Shown piece by piece: positions 10,396 to 19,384 of a DNA stretch of 64,000 bases; within the stretch, counting starts at the first letter, position 1; every line of letters begins with the position of its first letter. The position numbers and the translations under genes are program-made. Below the pieces are notes generated by a model. It saw only the letters and a program-made list of their open reading frames with translations, had not been told where the DNA came from and made no database searches. Source of the DNA: an uncultured Bacilli bacterium (GTDB taxonomy: Bacteria > Bacillota_I > Bacilli_A > RF39 > UBA660); the NCBI GenBank assembly GCA_910584255.1, contig CAJTXV010000001.1:81318-145317 (forward strand). The letters are read 5' to 3'.

Positions 10396-11805
10396 TTACT
10401 CATATTCTATTTCATCTATTTCTTCTTCCAACTCTTCATGAGGAAGAACGTCTTGCAAACCCTTTAAGATAAGCAGTTCATGAGATAAATCTTTAACAAG
10501 ATATTTATTTTCATCAATTAAATATATATCCGAATTATTTGCTTTTAATGTTTGCATCATATCAAGTAATACATCCATATCCCTAGTTATTCTAGTTAAT
10601 GATAATGTAAATATATCTTTAATTTTTTTATTTTTTACATCATCCAAAAGAACTCCTAAAGCTGCATTAGAGCTTATTTTACTTGGTGAATGATCAATAT
10701 AAATTTTTATTAATTCAGAATCTCTAGATACTTTACTATTGAGAGCTTTCAAACAATAATCCTCATTATTTTTAAAATATAATTCTGGATTATCCTTAAA
10801 ACCACTTAATCTACAATAGATTGCATACTTTTTTAAGTCCTTATTTTGATCCCAAATTAATTCTTTTGTTTCTTCAATAGCATCAGTTAATGTCGATGAA
10901 TCTAAAATATTGTCATCATATTCTAATTCACCTTCTTTGTTATAAAATTCCAATTCAAACCAATTATTATTTTCAATATTTAATTCATATTTTTCATGTT
11001 CATATTCTAGTATTGAATTTAATTCATAATCATTTTTAATGAATGGAATCATTACATTTTTAAACAATCCATCTTGATTTTTATCAATTACTGTTGCGAT
11101 TATATCTCCTTTTTTTACTTTATTTCCATCTTTATCAATATAATCCTCTTTGGCAATTAGATTACACCTAACTTGCCCCCTAGCAACAATTTTATATTCA
11201 CCAGAGGATGTTTTAATACTTGCAGCTTCCCCACCATACCAAAATACATTATCATGTTCAAAATCGCTATTCCCATAATCATTAACTTCAATATTTAATA
11301 TCTCTTTTATACTTCCAACTTTTTTCTTAAATCGTCTGCCATCTTTTACACTTGAACTTACTATAGAAGTAGTATTATTTATCATTTTTTTAACATATTT
11401 ACCATGTCTTATACTTTTTAACAGACTATTTTGTATATGATTGGTAAAAGATAATTTTAAATTAACATATTCTTTAGTTAATGGTTCTTTAGAATATCCA
11501 AAAATAACTTCACAATTATTATTAATTAATTCGTTACAAACTTCTGCAATAGTATTCATATCACGTGCAAAAATATTAATATCATCTACATATATTTTTG
11601 TTATATTTTTGGACTTAACTTCATTTAATAACAAATTTAATTCCTTTTTAGATTTAAATGATGGAGAAGATATATCTTTAAAGATCAATGCTTTTTCAGC
11701 TGTATCTTTATCATAATCTAAATGGATTCTATTTCTACAAAAATCAATTTGATCCTTTATATTTCTTTCTGTTCCACCATGTGCATATATTGCTATTTTA
11801 CTCAT
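10396..11805 (-). CDS. Resolvase-like protein with tandem, apparently degenerate serine-recombinase catalytic-like domains
   Basis: N-terminal IAIYAHGGTE (cf. YARVST; catalytic Ser replaced) ...KIYVDDINIFARDMNTIAEV; second domain IYIDHSPSK...LSLTRITRDMDVLLDMMQTL; tail ...EEEIDEIEYE. Confidence 0.45.
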   Translation of the reverse strand: MSKIAIYAHGGTERNIKDQIDFCRNRIHLDYDKDTAEKALIFKDISSPSFKSKKELNLLLNEVKSKNITKIYVDDINIFARDMNTIAEVCNELINNNCEVIFGYSKEPLTKEYVNLKLSFTNHIQNSLLKSIRHGKYVKKMINNTTSIVSSSVKDGRRFKKKVGSIKEILNIEVNDYGNSDFEHDNVFWYGGEAASIKTSSGEYKIVARGQVRCNLIAKEDYIDKDGNKVKKGDIIATVIDKNQDGLFKNVMIPFIKNDYELNSILEYEHEKYELNIENNNWFELEFYNKEGELEYDDNILDSSTLTDAIEETKELIWDQNKDLKKYAIYCRLSGFKDNPELYFKNNEDYCLKALNSKVSRDSELIKIYIDHSPSKISSNAALGVLLDDVKNKKIKDIFTLSLTRITRDMDVLLDMMQTLKANNSDIYLIDENKYLVKDLSHELLILKGLQDVLPHEELEEEIDEIEYE

Positions 11806-12019
11806 TGTTGTTACCCTGGATTTTTACATCCAAATCTTGTTGAAGTTGATATATCTTTTCTTGCTGTTTCTTATAATCATACAACACTTTTAATTGTTTA
11901 TCGTATCCTGCTATTACACCATTTATTGCTTTAATTTTTTCTAATTCCTTATTCTTTAATACTTCCAAACGTTCAATTTTCTTCTCTAATTGTTTATTCA
12001 ATGTGTTTTCTCCTTTCAT
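11798..12019 (-). CDS. Small coiled-coil protein
   Basis: 73-aa ORF, heptad-like K/E/L pattern. Confidence 0.35.
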   Translation of the reverse strand: MKGENTLNKQLEKKIERLEVLKNKELEKIKAINGVIAGYDKQLKVLYDYKKQQEKIYQLQQDLDVKIQGNNNE

Positions 12020-12567
12020 TCAAACATTTCATCAACAATATCCAATTCATAGTTTTTTTCTGCTTTATCAAGTATTTTTTTATCTAAAATAATTCCAATG
12101 TTTTTAGATATATCTTTATCTTCTTTTAACAATAATCCTTGCCATATCCCATTTAAATGATTAATCCCATTTAGAAATTTAATACCTGTTCCTCCTGCTT
12201 CTTTCCAATCTAATAAATTTTTTGTATAATCATCAATTAAATAATCGTTTGAAGTTATTTTGTTGGGAATATATTTGTATTTTATTTCACCATAAGGAAC
12301 AAATATTCTTTTATTGATAGGCAGTGTAGGTAAATATTTATCTAGCCATTTTTTCTTTTCTTCTAAAGCATAATTACTATCAATCAAAAAAGAAGAAAGA
12401 ATATAAATATCTTTCCCCTCTTGGATTAATTTTTTAGTTTCTTCCAGCAAATGTGGATTTGGTTTTAGTGATTCATAATATCCTTTTTGATATAATTCAT
12501 CATTGGATTTAACATTTTTCCATTCAGCTAAAGTTCCATCCATATCAATAAAAATTCTCATTTGCAT
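12016..12567 (-). CDS. HAD-superfamily 5'(3')-deoxyribonucleotidase-like protein
   Basis: IFIDMDGTLAEW (DxDGT HAD motif I); size and layout resemble the NT5C/YorS family. Confidence 0.6.
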   Translation of the reverse strand: MQMRIFIDMDGTLAEWKNVKSNDELYQKGYYESLKPNPHLLEETKKLIQEGKDIYILSSFLIDSNYALEEKKKWLDKYLPTLPINKRIFVPYGEIKYKYIPNKITSNDYLIDDYTKNLLDWKEAGGTGIKFLNGINHLNGIWQGLLLKEDKDISKNIGIILDKKILDKAEKNYELDIVDEMFE

Positions 12568-12573
12568 ATTAAA

Positions 12574-12969
12574 TTATCTATCCATATCAAGATCAAAATC
12601 ATCATGAGAAATTTCTGCTTTTTCATTATTTTGAAGTTGCCTTTGGATTTCTTTTTTGCTATGAGAAAGAAAATTCACATCCTTAATAACCAAATCTGTC
12701 TCTCTAATTTTTTCACCATTTTTCTCATAACTATTCACTTGAACTTTAGCATTTACTAATACTAAATCTCCCACTAGAAAATGTTCTAGCTTTTCTGCCT
12801 TATTATTCCATGCTGTGCAATCAATAAAATCTGATTCATAAACTCCATCTTTGTTTTGATAATCTCTAGGAACTGCCACCATAAAATTTGAAACTCTTTT
12901 ACCAGATTGAGTCTCTTTTACTTCAGGAACTTCAACAACTCTTCCAACAAGTAAAACTTGATTTAACAT
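12574..12969 (-). CDS. ssb: Single-stranded DNA-binding protein (SSB, OB fold) with a non-canonical C-terminal tail
   Basis: MLNQVLLVGRVVEVPEVKETQSGKRVSNFMVAVPRDYQNKDGVYESDFIDCTAWNNKAEKL...LVLVNAKVQ matches the SSB consensus; tail ends DDFDLDMDR, not DDDIPF. Confidence 0.8.
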   Translation of the reverse strand: MLNQVLLVGRVVEVPEVKETQSGKRVSNFMVAVPRDYQNKDGVYESDFIDCTAWNNKAEKLEHFLVGDLVLVNAKVQVNSYEKNGEKIRETDLVIKDVNFLSHSKKEIQRQLQNNEKAEISHDDFDLDMDR

Positions 12970-12988
12970 GAATTCATCTCTCCTTTTT

Positions 12989-13360
12989 CTATTTTTCTAA
13001 TTCAAAATCTTCTTCTAATGGCTTTACATCTTTATCAAATAAATTACTATTCTTATAAAAAGAAGCTAGTACATCAACAGTTAAAGGTTCTTGACCATAC
13101 CAATTTACAGATTCTTCTTTTGTATAGCCAAAAGTCATTCCTTTCCCTACTTGATACTCAAAAATAATACATTCTGGATTATGATTATTGATTATGGATA
13201 AGCGTTGCCAATCTGAAAACTCTCTATATTTTTTTAGTAATTTACCTAACCCAAGATTATCTAAAAAATCTCTAAATTTTGTAAATTCTTGCTCATTTCT
13301 AATCATCATAGTATTTAACCCTGCAAAAAAATCTAACCATTTAGTTTCTTCGGTTTTCAA
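12989..13360 (-). CDS. Hypothetical protein; tail ...EEDFELEK
   Basis: 123-aa ORF. Confidence 0.4.
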   Translation of the reverse strand: MKTEETKWLDFFAGLNTMMIRNEQEFTKFRDFLDNLGLGKLLKKYREFSDWQRLSIINNHNPECIIFEYQVGKGMTFGYTKEESVNWYGQEPLTVDVLASFYKNSNLFDKDVKPLEEDFELEK

Positions 13361-13400
13361 ATATATCCTCCTTTAATATCTAAAATGAATTAATATAAGT

Positions 13401-14447
13401 TCACATCTCCATTTCAATATCATCTTGTTCCATTTCTTTTTCTTGTGAGACAAAATCTTTATGATATAATTCTTTTTTTCCATAAGTGATTGATGTGATA
13501 TGAGAAAATAAAAAATCAACAGTCCATCTACCATGGTCATTTTCTGCATCATTTTCCTTTATAAAATCACTTACTTTTTCATAACCAACTCCATAACTTC
13601 CACTTTTTATTTCATCATTTAGAAGATCACGCTTAAACCTATCATATTCATATTTAAAAGTTAAATCTTTATTGCCATAATGAATAGTGATATTTAATGT
13701 TTTTGCATCAATATCTTTTATTGCAGAATATAGTGATTTATTAATATAAACATTTTCAAAAGCATTATCTTCATTCTTTTTTATTTTATTTAGATAGTCT
13801 ATTTTATCGTAATATAGCAATAATTCTAATCCAATTCCTTCTTTATTTTCTTGTTTTTCTAAAATAATATTTGAACATTTTTCTATAGTCTCTTTTGGAT
13901 TATTTAAGTATTCAACATAAACATCACTCCACGCATATTCACTTGAATTAGAATAACTATTAGTAAGTGAATAACCTCTTTGAAATTCTATTATAGTGTC
14001 ATCCTTCTCAATAAAAAGTTCTCTAACCTCCTTTTTATAATGTTCTATACTCCAATGCTCTTTATGATTATATTTTTCAATCGCACAATCTTTTAAGGCA
14101 TCTTCATTATTAAAAGCATACTCTTTCAAGTATGCTTCAATATCTTTAGTAATTTTTTCTGATAAATTATTAAATGAATCTGTTCTTATCAAATCATTAT
14201 CCTCTAAAATTCTATTGATTGTATATGAAGGATTATATATACAATGTTCTTTTACATCCAAGTACCCTGAAACTTCATATTTTTCTTGCATTAAATGTCC
14301 ATTAAAACTTTTTATATATATAATTTGAAATCTGTCATCATATTTTTCTTTATGAATTCTAATTGTTTTAGGATAACTGTCTGAATTATCAAAAACATAA
14401 TCATTTATTTGATCATTTAATAAGTATTTTATTAGTTCTTCTTTCAA
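13401..14447 (-). CDS. Hypothetical protein, paralog of 14672..15694
   Basis: Shared blocks HKEKYDDRF.IIY...QEKYEVSGY.D.K.HC.Y.P; ...GLELLL..DK..YL; NITI.YG.K..FKY.YD..KRDLLN; HITSITYGKKELY.KD. Confidence 0.5.
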   Translation of the reverse strand: MKEELIKYLLNDQINDYVFDNSDSYPKTIRIHKEKYDDRFQIIYIKSFNGHLMQEKYEVSGYLDVKEHCIYNPSYTINRILEDNDLIRTDSFNNLSEKITKDIEAYLKEYAFNNEDALKDCAIEKYNHKEHWSIEHYKKEVRELFIEKDDTIIEFQRGYSLTNSYSNSSEYAWSDVYVEYLNNPKETIEKCSNIILEKQENKEGIGLELLLYYDKIDYLNKIKKNEDNAFENVYINKSLYSAIKDIDAKTLNITIHYGNKDLTFKYEYDRFKRDLLNDEIKSGSYGVGYEKVSDFIKENDAENDHGRWTVDFLFSHITSITYGKKELYHKDFVSQEKEMEQDDIEMEM

Positions 14448-14478
14448 ATTATTAGTTCCTTTCTACTTAATTATTTTC

Positions 14479-14661
14479 CTAATTTATTTCATTAATTTGC
14501 TTTTCTCTTAAACTTTTTAACTCATTAGATAATTTAATGATTTCATCTATATATTTATCTAATTCATAACCATTGCCAACATTTTTCTTCCAAAAAAAAT
14601 AGTCTTTACATCTTTTATTAATCTTACATAATATCTTATAAAATCTTTCACTATACTCCAT
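14479..14661 (-). CDS. Small hypothetical protein
   Basis: 60-aa ORF between the two paralogs. Confidence 0.3.
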   Translation of the reverse strand: MEYSERFYKILCKINKRCKDYFFWKKNVGNGYELDKYIDEIIKLSNELKSLREKQINEIN

Positions 14662-14671
14662 AAATATTTAT

Positions 14672-15694
14672 CTACCTTTCTATTTCTAAATCTTCTTCAA
14701 CTTCCTTTTCAGTTTCTATATCTTTTGAATACAACTCATTTTTACCATGCGTAATTTTAGTTATATGAGAGAAATCAAAAGCAAGATGACCATATCTATC
14801 ATGGTTATCTTCTGGAGCATTTTCTCTTATAAAATCTGATACTACATCATAGCCACTACTATAAAGATGACTATTTTTTGTATTACCATTTAATAAATCT
14901 CTTTTTAAAGAATCATAATCATATTTAAAAGAGAAACTTTTTCCATTATATTCAATGGTAATGTTTAAATTATTAGCAGCAACGGATTTGATTGAATTTA
15001 ATATATTTTTATTTATATATAAATCACGAAAAGAATCGTCCTTATTTAATAAGATTTCTTGCAAATAATTTTTTTTATCATCAAGCAGTAATAATTCTAA
15101 TCCAAAATCTTCTTCTTTTTGATCAAGCAAATCTTTTGAAAGTTCTTCAACTATTTTATTAGAATCATTCAAATATGAAATTAATACACTATAATAATCT
15201 TTTGCATGAGTAAATTCACTTGAGGAAAAAGCAATTGAAAAATCTATATGTGGATTATCTTCACAGAGAAAAATTCCTCTTACCTCTTTTTTATAACTAT
15301 TAAATCTGTAATCATCTTTATCATTATATTTTTTTTGTGCAATTTTTTTTAATTTTTCTGCATTGTCTAAACAATATTTATTTAAATATTCATTTAAATC
15401 TAAAGTCATTTTTTTATCTATTTCACTAAAATGACTTGTTCGTATCACACTCTCTTCAGGTAATTTTTCTTCCATCCACCTATCTGGTTCATATAAGCAA
15501 TGGTCTTTGGTATCATAGTATCCACTTACTTCATATTTTTCTTGTTTAAGTGAATCAGTATATTTTTTTGAATAAATTATATCGAATCTATCATCATATT
15601 TTTCTTTGTGAATTTTTAATTGATATGCTGAACTTTCAAATACTTCATCATTATAATTACCGTTTAATAAAAATTTTTCTATTTTACTATTCAT
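14672..15694 (-). CDS. Hypothetical protein, paralog of 13401..14447; tail ...EVEEDLEIER
   Basis: See the paralog alignment blocks at 13401..14447. Confidence 0.5.
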   Translation of the reverse strand: MNSKIEKFLLNGNYNDEVFESSAYQLKIHKEKYDDRFDIIYSKKYTDSLKQEKYEVSGYYDTKDHCLYEPDRWMEEKLPEESVIRTSHFSEIDKKMTLDLNEYLNKYCLDNAEKLKKIAQKKYNDKDDYRFNSYKKEVRGIFLCEDNPHIDFSIAFSSSEFTHAKDYYSVLISYLNDSNKIVEELSKDLLDQKEEDFGLELLLLDDKKNYLQEILLNKDDSFRDLYINKNILNSIKSVAANNLNITIEYNGKSFSFKYDYDSLKRDLLNGNTKNSHLYSSGYDVVSDFIRENAPEDNHDRYGHLAFDFSHITKITHGKNELYSKDIETEKEVEEDLEIER

Positions 15695-15706
15695 ATATTC
15701 TCCTTT

Positions 15707-15940
15707 TCATTTTTCTATTTCTTCCATTTCATAATTTGATAATACTAATTCCATTCCTTTTTCCTGAAAGTAATCTAACATAAGTTCATATTGTTCTTCT
15801 ACAGAATCACCTTTATCTGCTTCAAAACTTCCTATTTTAATATCCTTATGAAATGTTTTTCTTCCAATATCACGCAAATTTTCTATTATTTCAAAAAACT
15901 TTTTTGCATCAGAAAATTCTTTTTTATAATTTTTATTCAC
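15707..15940 (-). CDS. Small hypothetical protein; tail ...EMEEIEK
   Basis: 77-aa ORF; AAAGGAGA RBS for the downstream gene overlaps its stop. Confidence 0.4.
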   Translation of the reverse strand: MNKNYKKEFSDAKKFFEIIENLRDIGRKTFHKDIKIGSFEADKGDSVEEQYELMLDYFQEKGMELVLSNYEMEEIEK

Positions 15941-15952
15941 TTAAAACACCTT

Positions 15953-16534
15953 CTAAAAATCTAAATCAGGTTCTTCTTCGTATTCATCATAGTTATTATC
16001 CTGTTGTTGATTATAGGTATTATCTCCTTGATTCTTAATGGCATTTAAATCTCTTGTTTCATTATTTTCAATAAAATTAGAGACTTCCATAGCTGTTGCT
16101 TGAATATTAGGATCTGTTATTGCTTTTTTATATTCATTTGAAATATCTTCACTAAAAAAGCGAAAATTCTTTCTCTCGTTTGCTTGTTTTTCTTCCATAT
16201 AAGCATAAGTATGGTTTAAAGCAATTTGATCAGAAATTCTTAAATCTTTAGGATTCAAATTATTATCAATACACAATAAAGCTTTATAGAAAAGCTCTTT
16301 GTTATCCTTCATTAATGAATTTAATTCTGTATACATAATTGTAAGAAATTTTTGATTTACTGCTTGATTAATCACTCTTTCAACTTCTAAACCAAGTTCT
16401 TTTTCAAAATGACTAGCTGGTACTTTTGTAGGTTGTTGCGTTTGAGGATTAATATATTTATAAGTCATATCCTCTAATGTTTTTGACATTTCTTTCTGCT
16501 TTTGTTGAATAAGATCATCATATACTGTTCTCAT
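15953..16534 (-). CDS. Hypothetical Q/N-rich protein with an SSB-tail-like C-terminus (...EEEPDLDF)
   Basis: 193-aa ORF; acidic tip ending in Phe. Confidence 0.4.
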   Translation of the reverse strand: MRTVYDDLIQQKQKEMSKTLEDMTYKYINPQTQQPTKVPASHFEKELGLEVERVINQAVNQKFLTIMYTELNSLMKDNKELFYKALLCIDNNLNPKDLRISDQIALNHTYAYMEEKQANERKNFRFFSEDISNEYKKAITDPNIQATAMEVSNFIENNETRDLNAIKNQGDNTYNQQQDNNYDEYEEEPDLDF

Positions 16535-16535
16535 A

Positions 16536-16892
16536 TTATTTCTCCCTTTCTATTTCATCATTTGATTTGTTACTATCTTCTTTTAAAGAAGACACATACA
16601 TTGGTACTTTTGATTGGATATTTCTTGATTCTTCAAACTCAATTAGTTCAAGTAAGTTTTCTGCTTTATCCCCTTTCAGAATGTGATATGGTGTTGAAAA
16701 AAGAAGACTTTTTTTATGTCTATTAAGAATCTCTTTTAATATCACATCATCAGTAGCATTCTCTGTTTCAATCACTAATACTCCACCATCTATTAAATGT
16801 CCTTTACAATCATAAAAACTATAATCTGCTTCATTTCCATCATTAAAAATATGAAGGATGTTATTTTCGTTACTAATAATTAATGTATCCAT
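16536..16892 (-). CDS. Hypothetical protein; tail ...DEIEREK
   Basis: 118-aa ORF. Confidence 0.4.
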   Translation of the reverse strand: MDTLIISNENNILHIFNDGNEADYSFYDCKGHLIDGGVLVIETENATDDVILKEILNRHKKSLLFSTPYHILKGDKAENLLELIEFEESRNIQSKVPMYVSSLKEDSNKSNDEIEREK

Positions 16893-16910
16893 ATTCTCCT
16901 TTCATTGCAT

Positions 16911-16934
16911 AAAAAAAATGCTTCAAAAAGCATT
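16911..16934 (-). terminator. Rho-independent terminator after 16956..17402
   Basis: Minus sense: stem AATGCTT, loop, AAGCATT, then TTTTTTTT. Confidence 0.5.
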
Positions 16935-16955
16935 AATTCATTTAAATTATACATA

Positions 16956-17402
16956 TTAGTCCTTATCTATTTCATCATACTCATCTTCGATTGAAATATC
17001 TATTTCCTCTTCCAATTCTTCCGAAAGTTTAGAAGACATTTCTTCAAAAGCATACCATGCCATTAGATTCTGATTATTATCCTCTAAAACTAAAGGATCT
17101 TCTTTATCAAATTTATCCCCAAATAATTCCTCCAAAGATAATCCTGTACCATCTTTCAATTCTGATAACATTTGGTTAATTTCTTCTTTGTAATCGTTAT
17201 AAAATTTTGTTGTGTCAGAATAATATATTAATGAACTTATCATTCCAGAAATACATCCATGTTGTGCTAAATCTGAAAATTCCTGCTGCAATTCTTCGTA
17301 AGAATCCAATTCTCTATCTATATAGTAATCAATGACTGCATTTTTTAACTTATTATGACCTTTTAATGATTCTAATGTTTCTTTTAGCTTTTCCTTATTC
17401 AT
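16956..17402 (-). CDS. Hypothetical acidic protein
   Basis: 148-aa ORF; tail ...DEYDEIDKD. Confidence 0.4.
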   Translation of the reverse strand: MNKEKLKETLESLKGHNKLKNAVIDYYIDRELDSYEELQQEFSDLAQHGCISGMISSLIYYSDTTKFYNDYKEEINQMLSELKDGTGLSLEELFGDKFDKEDPLVLEDNNQNLMAWYAFEEMSSKLSEELEEEIDISIEDEYDEIDKD

Positions 17403-17486
17403 AAATAGTTAGTCTCCTTTCGTATAACGCTTAAATATATTTTAACATAAAACACAATGAAATATATACTCTAAACTATAATTCAC

Positions 17487-18062
17487 TTACTTTTCTATCT
17501 CCTCAACTTCTTGTTCTATTTCTTGTGTTTTATAATACTCATATAAATCCTTACAAACATCATTAAAACATCTAGTAATAGAGTGTATTTCTATTACATC
17601 ATTAGAAAAAATATTTGAATCAATTTCTTCTTTTAAATCTAAGGTTATTGATTCATCCACTATTTTATTATACACTTCTTCACTATCAGTATCTAAACCC
17701 TGTTTAGAATAAAATTTAGTAAGTTCATCTTCAGCACGTTCTTCTAAAATTTCTTGTAAACCATCACTAACTTTAATGTATTTCATAATTTCATCTTCCT
17801 TAGAAGAAAAAATTTTAATAAGATTTTCAACAATATCACCCTTTAATAATCGCCAAGGAGCATAATCTTTTTCATACATTTCATTTATTGCTTTGAAAAT
17901 ACTTAATGCTATTTCTTGTTCAACTTTTGATTGGAATTCAGGTTTTTCCTTTATAAATCCTATAAATTGTTCTTCTGTATTTTTAAAGTGCTTTTCGTAT
18001 TTTAATATTGCTTTATAATAATCTTTAGCTAACATTTCTACCGATTTCATTTCTATTATCAC
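17487..18062 (-). CDS. Hypothetical protein; tail ...EVEEIEK
   Basis: 191-aa ORF. Confidence 0.4.
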   Translation of the reverse strand: MIIEMKSVEMLAKDYYKAILKYEKHFKNTEEQFIGFIKEKPEFQSKVEQEIALSIFKAINEMYEKDYAPWRLLKGDIVENLIKIFSSKEDEIMKYIKVSDGLQEILEERAEDELTKFYSKQGLDTDSEEVYNKIVDESITLDLKEEIDSNIFSNDVIEIHSITRCFNDVCKDLYEYYKTQEIEQEVEEIEK

Positions 18063-18421
18063 CTTTTCAAAAAATCATCCATAAAAAAAGCAATCACACA
18101 ATAGTTATCATTCTCACTTACTGGTTTTGCCTTTTTATCTTTTTGAAATTCATTAATAAAATTTAAAGTATCTCTATCAATATCTCCTTTTTTGCATGGT
18201 AGATAGCCACAAATCTTTAATAGTTTAATAAAATCAATATGCAACACGTTACACATATTAATAAGTGTTACAATATTATAGTTTTCTCTTTCACAATTTT
18301 CAATTCTAGATAACTCACTATGACTAATACCTACTGCTCTTGCTAATTCTCTTTTACTATATCCATAAAAAGATCTATACCATTTAAAAATTTCTGCCAT
18401 AAGACAATAATTATTTCTCAT
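18059..18421 (-). CDS. XRE-family HTH regulator
   Basis: YSKRELARAVGISHSELSRIENCERENYNIVTLINMCNVLHIDFIKLL. Confidence 0.6.
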   Translation of the reverse strand: MRNNYCLMAEIFKWYRSFYGYSKRELARAVGISHSELSRIENCERENYNIVTLINMCNVLHIDFIKLLKICGYLPCKKGDIDRDTLNFINEFQKDKKAKPVSENDNYCVIAFFMDDFLKR

Positions 18422-18467
18422 ACCAATTTTATCCTTTCTTCTAGTTCATAATTGTGAACATTAAAAT

Positions 18468-18683
18468 TTATTTTTCTATTTCTGGTTCTTCTAATTCAAT
18501 GCTTTTATCATTAGCAAAAAGTTTATTAACATCAATTTCTAAATCAAAATCATATTGCATATTAGATGTAATATAAGACTTTATTTGATCTTCTAAATCT
18601 GCTGGAGAATTTAGTTCTTCTTCCCTATTTTGAAATTTATCTTTATTTTTATTATATAATTCCTTTAAATATTCTTTATTCAT
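18468..18683 (-). CDS. Small hypothetical protein; tail ...ELEEPEIEK
   Basis: 71-aa ORF; final 9 aa identical to 18983..19384. Confidence 0.4.
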   Translation of the reverse strand: MNKEYLKELYNKNKDKFQNREEELNSPADLEDQIKSYITSNMQYDFDLEIDVNKLFANDKSIELEEPEIEK

Positions 18684-18970
18684 GCTAATCTTCCTGTTTT
18701 AAAGTAATTTAAATACAATGCCTTAATTTCATTATAGAAATTAGAACAATCAGCAAAAGTCATATTTTCTAAATAATCAAACGTAAATAATAAATCTTGG
18801 CATCTCCATAACAATTTGAAATCATCATCAGAAAGATGAAAATTTCTTAGATCTGCATATCCATCATAAGTAGAATAATTTTTAATATCACTATAAAAAT
18901 TAATTTTCATTTGTTCATTAAATTTTTTTACTGCTTCATCGTATTCTTCTTCTGTAAAAATTTCTTTCAT
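18680..18970 (-). CDS. Hypothetical protein, partial paralog of 18983..19384
   Basis: NYSTYDGYADLRNFHLSDDDFKLLWRCQDLLF versus NYNSYSGFHDLRDYKLSEQEFKDLWITQDFLYY. Confidence 0.4.
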   Translation of the reverse strand: MKEIFTEEEYDEAVKKFNEQMKINFYSDIKNYSTYDGYADLRNFHLSDDDFKLLWRCQDLLFTFDYLENMTFADCSNFYNEIKALYLNYFKTGRLA

Positions 18971-18982
18971 TTCTTCTCCTTT

Positions 18983-19384
18983 TCATTTTTCTATTTCTGG
19001 TTCTTCTAATTCAATTTTTTTATCAATTTTTTCATGTTTAAATAATTCTTGCTGATAATCTGCTGACAATTCTTTTAAACTTTCAAATAATTCAGGCATA
19101 CTGTTTTTAATTATTTCTTTATTTGACTCACAGTAATATAAAAAATCCTGGGTAATCCATAGATCTTTAAATTCTTGTTCGCTTAACTTATAGTCTCTTA
19201 AATCATGAAAACCACTATATGAATTATAATTATCAATATTTTTAAATTTCTTTTGTAATTCATTTGTCATCTGATTCAATTTGTTTTTATTTTTGTTGTC
19301 TATTTCACAACTAACTCGGCAATACATTTTAACTTTTCCTTTTGAAAAATCAGATAATAATTTTCCCATTTTCTCTCCTTTCAA
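18983..19384 (-). CDS. Hypothetical protein; tail ...ELEEPEIEK
   Basis: 133-aa ORF. Confidence 0.4.
   Translation of the reverse strand: MKGEKMGKLLSDFSKGKVKMYCRVSCEIDNKNKNKLNQMTNELQKKFKNIDNYNSYSGFHDLRDYKLSEQEFKDLWITQDFLYYCESNKEIIKNSMPELFESLKELSADYQQELFKHEKIDKKIELEEPEIEK

Noticed and set aside
2127-19384. Interpreting the small-ORF array as a prophage early region
   Set aside because: There are no capsid, terminase, portal, tail or lysis genes anywhere in the window. The context is relaxase/T4SS, which indicates a conjugative element.
2127-19384. C-terminal acidic tails as a mere Shine-Dalgarno artefact
   Set aside because: This was considered seriously. In the cases checked (2688..3239 into 2127..2672; 15707..15940 into 14672..15694) the actual SD of the downstream gene lies after the stop codon, not within the tail codons. 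The tails also keep an alternating hydrophobic pattern, so the artefact explanation is kept as an alternative rather than accepted.
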